DNA of 64,000 bases from a virus. Its lineage: Duplodnaviria > Caudoviricetes. The stretch is from positions 64,001 through 128,000 of the IMG/VR virus record IMGVR_UViG_2974671799_000001, one strand, 5' to 3'. Position 1 is the stretch's first letter; each line of letters starts with the position of its first letter. Shown piece by piece: positions 59,959-64,000 of the stretch. The notes beneath the pieces were generated by a model, which was not told the DNA's origin, ran no database searches, and saw only the letters and a program-made list of their open reading frames with translations. The translations under genes and the position numbers were made by a program.

Positions 59959-61617
59959 ATGGTATTCGAAATGACAAATACTGGTAAAAGAGTTCTATAC
60001 CTAGACCCAATTACAAATAACGACATAACAAGTATTGAAATAGATACAGAAAAGGAAGGTTCTTTAATAGCATCTTATCTTTTTTCATACTCATTCGATA
60101 ATGTTAATTGGTCTGATTATGCATCAAAAAGTGATACTTTATCATATCTAAATTCAGAAGAAACACAATCACTATCAACATATTTAAGAGTTCTTTTAAG
60201 TGTTGATGTTGACCCAAATGTTACACAATCATCTTTAATTAGTAACTATATAGGTATTGAAAATATCATGGTTAATGGTTCATCAATAAATGTTTGTGGT
60301 ATGGAATACTACCAAGATATAAATATTGTCGCATCAAACATAACAAATAATGCATTAAACCCATTTAGGAACTTAGATAATGCACACCATATGAGGGAAC
60401 AGATTTCTAAGTCAATTGCTATGACTATTGGATATGACGGTGTTTACTTTAAACGTGTTCCGAATGAGGAAACAAAATCAATTATTTTCAAGTCATATAA
60501 AATGTATCAAACTTTACCTGCACGAGCGATTAAAGTAGTTATTCCACCTGATGCAAACAATAATGAAAATATCAACTCATTCCAGTTCTTTATGAATAGA
60601 GAAAATATCGAAGTTGAAATTTTATTATCTCAATGGCATGATATATACGGTGTTGATGTTTATCCGAATGCAAAAGACGCTATTTACATCAATGTTTTCG
60701 ATAGAATGTACACTATATCATCGGCTAAAAAGAAAAGAGATTTTATGCATAGGGCTGTTGCTTATAAATTATATCTAGGAGTGTTTAAAGAAGGTGTTGA
60801 GATTGATAATTCACAAGCAGAAGAGGAAATTACAGATTTTAGTGATTTCACAGCATATGATATAGAAAATTCAGACCAAGCATATGATGAGATAGAAAAT
60901 GCAACTGGCAATGGTGATGATATTGAGTTTAGCTTATCAGAAGAAGAATCAGAATTTCAAAGCATTGATTCCAAATTATTAGATTTTCACAAAGGTATTA
61001 GAAATATTAAAACTGGTTTACTATTCAATGATGTTGAGTTCCAAAGATATATGTATAAAAGCGATACAGATGTTGACTTCTTAACAAGATATGATTTATC
61101 AAAAATGGATGATAACGAATATAGTGTTTCGGCTTGGTTTAAAATTTCGGAAGTTGGTAAAAGTGTAATGTTATTTAGTCTTGGTGATGGTATAAATTAT
61201 GCAGAATTGATTTATGTAAATTCAAACGGATTCATAACCTTGCACACAAAAGCCTCAGAAATAAACAAATATGTAACAGCTACAGGTGAAGCTATTAAAG
61301 AAAATGGTTATTATTCTGTTGTTTTGTCTAGAAGAGGTAAAAATATTTCAATTTCATTGTTATATTATAATGATGGTTCAATTGATTTTGTACAAAACAT
61401 ATTAGCAAGTGTTGAAATACCAGTTAATAAAAAAGTATTGGAAATTAAAGGAAATCATAAAACATCAATAGGAAATATTAGAGTAAATAAAAAATCAGTA
61501 CCTAAACAACAAATTATACCAATGATAACAAACTGGTCATTGGATGCAAACGATTATTTAGTAATTGATAATTGTCAAACTGGTATTGATTCAATAAAAG
61601 TTCAATCAAACGCGTAA
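59959..61617 (+). CDS. gp14-like neck protein with C-terminal LamG/ConA-like domain
   Basis: G.DGVYFKR.P and P..KDAIY....RMY.I...YKL.L recall gp14; YSVSAWFK...YYSVVL recalls LamG; ATG 59959 preferred over 59890. Confidence 0.55.
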   Translation: MVFEMTNTGKRVLYLDPITNNDITSIEIDTEKEGSLIASYLFSYSFDNVNWSDYASKSDTLSYLNSEETQSLSTYLRVLLSVDVDPNVTQSSLISNYIGIENIMVNGSSINVCGMEYYQDINIVASNITNNALNPFRNLDNAHHMREQISKSIAMTIGYDGVYFKRVPNEETKSIIFKSYKMYQTLPARAIKVVIPPDANNNENINSFQFFMNRENIEVEILLSQWHDIYGVDVYPNAKDAIYINVFDRMYTISSAKKKRDFMHRAVAYKLYLGVFKEGVEIDNSQAEEEITDFSDFTAYDIENSDQAYDEIENATGNGDDIEFSLSEEESEFQSIDSKLLDFHKGIRNIKTGLLFNDVEFQRYMYKSDTDVDFLTRYDLSKMDDNEYSVSAWFKISEVGKSVMLFSLGDGINYAELIYVNSNGFITLHTKASEINKYVTATGEAIKENGYYSVVLSRRGKNISISLLYYNDGSIDFVQNILASVEIPVNKKVLEIKGNHKTSIGNIRVNKKSVPKQQIIPMITNWSLDANDYLVIDNCQTGIDSIKVQSNA

Positions 61618-61621
61618 TAAA

Positions 61622-62395
61622 ATGAATAAAGATTTTGAATTTAATGAAAATAACGCAAATTTCGATTCACTAATTCCAAAAGATATAACAGGGCATTCAA
61701 TTTATGAAGGTGGTAGCCTACAAGGTCTTAGTGAGTATAAAGAATTTGGCGTTGAGGAACAAAAGACGAAAATAGAAAAAGAAGCTAAAGACCTAGTTAA
61801 ATCATTACTAGGCGTTTACTTCGATGTTGACCTAATCAATAATGACGACCATTTAAAAGCAATTCAAGCTGTTGAAACATCAAACCTTTTAGGTTTATTG
61901 GAGTCAGCACGATATGCACAACACGCTGTATCAACATTGATGTTGAAAATAGATGCAGGTATGCACGCTGATATACAGATATATAGTATATTAATAGAGC
62001 TTCAAAAGAGTGCTTTGGATATCCAAATGAAAGTTGCTCAGTATTCTAGAACACTTTCACCTTATTTAAGGTCACTAAAAGAAGATATCGAAGAAGCAGG
62101 AAATACGACTATAAATGTTTTGAGTCGTGTTGAAACTGATGATGTTAGTAAAAAGTTGGATGGTGGTATTGAAGGTGATTCAAAACAAATAGGTGAAAAA
62201 GCATTTAGAGGTGCTTTAGCAATGAATCAGTACTTCAAAGATATGATGGAAGATATTGAGGAATCAAAGAAGGAAAGGAAAGAAACAAATCAAGCAGAAA
62301 TGAAACAATCAGAAGAAAAGAACACAGAATATATAGATTTCGAAGAGATTTCAGATGAAGATGAACCTGATGGATATTTAGATGAAGAAGAATAA
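61622..62395 (+). CDS. hypothetical protein, possible terminase small subunit (gp16-like)
   Basis: Helix-turn-helix pair AVSTLM...IQIYSIL.ELQKS..DIQ and a late FRG motif loosely recall gp16; acidic tail. Confidence 0.35.
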   Translation: MNKDFEFNENNANFDSLIPKDITGHSIYEGGSLQGLSEYKEFGVEEQKTKIEKEAKDLVKSLLGVYFDVDLINNDDHLKAIQAVETSNLLGLLESARYAQHAVSTLMLKIDAGMHADIQIYSILIELQKSALDIQMKVAQYSRTLSPYLRSLKEDIEEAGNTTINVLSRVETDDVSKKLDGGIEGDSKQIGEKAFRGALAMNQYFKDMMEDIEESKKERKETNQAEMKQSEEKNTEYIDFEEISDEDEPDGYLDEEE

Positions 62396-62424
62396 AAAGA
62401 ACCACTAAAATAGTGGTTCTTTTT
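62395..62424. terminator. bidirectional intrinsic terminator
   Basis: AAAAGAACCACTA-AAA-TAGTGGTTCTTTT between convergent genes. Confidence 0.8.
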
Positions 62425-62671
62425 CTTTTTTATGTGTTTCGACCTCAACAGTCATTCCTTTTTGTTTATAATCAAGATTGAAAAACTCTTTTACTTCATC
62501 CAATCTAAAATCTACTGAAACATCATCTATACCATTTACAACCATAGATACTGTGACTCTATTTAGGTGTATTTCTTTTACATTCACATACTTATCGACA
62601 TATCTAGGATATAATCTTTTTAAAACTTCATCTTTTAATTTTACTGCTAGGTTTAATTTTGTTCTTTTCAT
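62405..62671 (-). CDS. hypothetical protein
   Basis: 88-aa ORF. Confidence 0.65.
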   Translation of the reverse strand: MKRTKLNLAVKLKDEVLKRLYPRYVDKYVNVKEIHLNRVTVSMVVNGIDDVSVDFRLDEVKEFFNLDYKQKGMTVEVETHKKEKEPLF

Positions 62672-62727
62672 TTTATTAAATTTGATATTTCAAATCTATT
62701 AAATAAAAACGAAACCACCAAAACATT

Positions 62728-63420
62728 TTATGAAATTTTTCCAACACCTAAAGATGTTGCAACACTACTACTTTTTAAAATGGTTTCAAAAGCGGGTGCA
62801 AGTCTATCACCAATCAATGAAAATGGTGTAACAAATCGATTTATTGATATTTCATAAGTTTGTTCTAAACTCATATTTTTAGCACTTGGTTCAGGTCTTA
62901 CTAACTCTGAAAATGCCTCATAAAAAGTCTCCCTAAATATATTCTCAACATTCACATAAACATTAGTGGATGAAACTGATATAAAACCACCATTTATCAA
63001 CGATGCTGAAACAAATTTTGAAAATGTTTCTATAAAATTACTCATTAACGTATAATTCCCTTTTTCAAATGTATTAGGAACACCCAATAATCTATTATTC
63101 ATTATATAAATTAAATCAATAGTTAATCCACCTATTAATTGATTTGCTAAACCTTGCGCATTAAATGGTAATGATTTTGTAGCACCATTAGATGTTGTGA
63201 CCACACCTGTTTGTGTATATGATAATAGCTCATTAGAAAAATCATTCGAAAATTTAACAAATTCGTTAGCAAACCCATTTGATGAAGCATTAGAAATATC
63301 ACTAACTGATGAATTTTTAAGAGAAACTTTAGGTGAGAAGTATGAACTAATCGCATTTTTAGATGCTGTTTCAAAAATGCTATTCAACGAAGCTCTAAAA
63401 CCTTGTGTGTTTAATGCCAT
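62728..63420 (-). CDS. hypothetical protein with internal duplication
   Basis: MALNTQGFRASL / LPFNAQGLANQL and two similar ...V.TS.G ends. Confidence 0.65.
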   Translation of the reverse strand: MALNTQGFRASLNSIFETASKNAISSYFSPKVSLKNSSVSDISNASSNGFANEFVKFSNDFSNELLSYTQTGVVTTSNGATKSLPFNAQGLANQLIGGLTIDLIYIMNNRLLGVPNTFEKGNYTLMSNFIETFSKFVSASLINGGFISVSSTNVYVNVENIFRETFYEAFSELVRPEPSAKNMSLEQTYEISINRFVTPFSLIGDRLAPAFETILKSSSVATSLGVGKIS

Positions 63421-63423
63421 ACC

Positions 63424-64000
63424 TTAAAATTTTAAAAATGAAGGAAATAACTCATTACCAATAACTCGTATTCCACTATTCTCTAAATGTTTCATATAAT
63501 CTTTCTCAGTCCTTCCAAACATATTATTGAACCTACTTTCAACAACTTCGGGCATTAAGAAATAATACACTAAATCAGTTTTCGTATATCCTGATTTAAT
63601 ATAGTCCGCATATTCCTGAATATGGAAATTAAATGTTGGTGTTGAGTATATAATTAAATTACTCTGTTCAAGCACACTATTTGAAAGATTTTGTAAATAT
63701 TCGTGGAAGTAAATTTTTCTATTACTCAATAACTGATTAATGATGAAAAGTTCATCGATAAAAATATCAACCTTTTTATACTTATTATCTATCATAAATT
63801 TTTCACCACCTCTTGCGAAATTATGGTCAGCTAATTGTTCAGCACCTTTAATAATACATTTTCTCATACCACCTCTTCGAATAACATCTTCGAATTTTTT
63901 AACAGAAGCTCTATTATAAGTGATAATTAGACAAGCATCAGCAGTACTATTATTAACACCTTCAATAATAGATGTTGTTTTACCCACTTGTCTTTCGACA
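63424..64000 (-). CDS. terminase-ATPase-like P-loop protein, partial (start beyond right edge)
   Basis: Frame is open to the window edge, giving VERQVGKTT; IFIDE Walker B; IIYSTP motif III; ends without a nuclease domain. Confidence 0.6.
   Translation of the reverse strand, partial: VERQVGKTTSIIEGVNNSTADACLIITYNRASVKKFEDVIRRGGMRKCIIKGAEQLADHNFARGGEKFMIDNKYKKVDIFIDELFIINQLLSNRKIYFHEYLQNLSNSVLEQSNLIIYSTPTFNFHIQEYADYIKSGYTKTDLVYYFLMPEVVESRFNNMFGRTEKDYMKHLENSGIRVIGNELFPSFLKF

Noticed and set aside
1-64000. Stop-codon reassignment
   Set aside because: Core genes are intact and densely packed under the standard code; TAG and TGA act as ordinary stops at some gene ends

Overview
This 64-kb window is part of a very AT-rich, large T4-like (contractile-tailed, probably jumbo) phage genome, coded mostly on the minus strand. 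It carries the morphogenesis core: gp2-like end protector, portal, fused prohead protease/scaffold, major capsid protein, a 3229-aa fibre/adhesin, large terminase, sheath, tube, gp26/51-like hub chaperone, gp15-like, gp14-like and tape-measure-like proteins. It also carries UvsW, gp32-type SSB, a RuvC-like resolvase, a MazG-like enzyme, a T5 A1-like metallophosphoesterase and a holin/spanin-like cluster. Several TTTG-N19-20-TAnnTTTG promoters and the general absence of Shine-Dalgarno motifs point to a Bacteroidetes (probably flavobacterial) host. T4-type TATA(A/T)ATA late promoters precede structural genes. The most interesting unexplained signals are: (1) a 154-bp non-coding element present twice 39.4 kb apart, with a 22-bp palindrome, each copy followed by TTAACA boxes; (2) an unannotated 32-aa micropeptide in its own promoter-terminator cassette under four 11-bp-phased TTAACA (OmpR/PhoB-type) boxes; (3) small proteins with a T4 CTS-like N-terminus (candidate injected internal proteins); (4) a candidate programmed frameshift behind the tail tube gene; (5) a lipoprotein-free spanin-like gene pair. 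All assignments come from motif recognition by eye; no database search was run.
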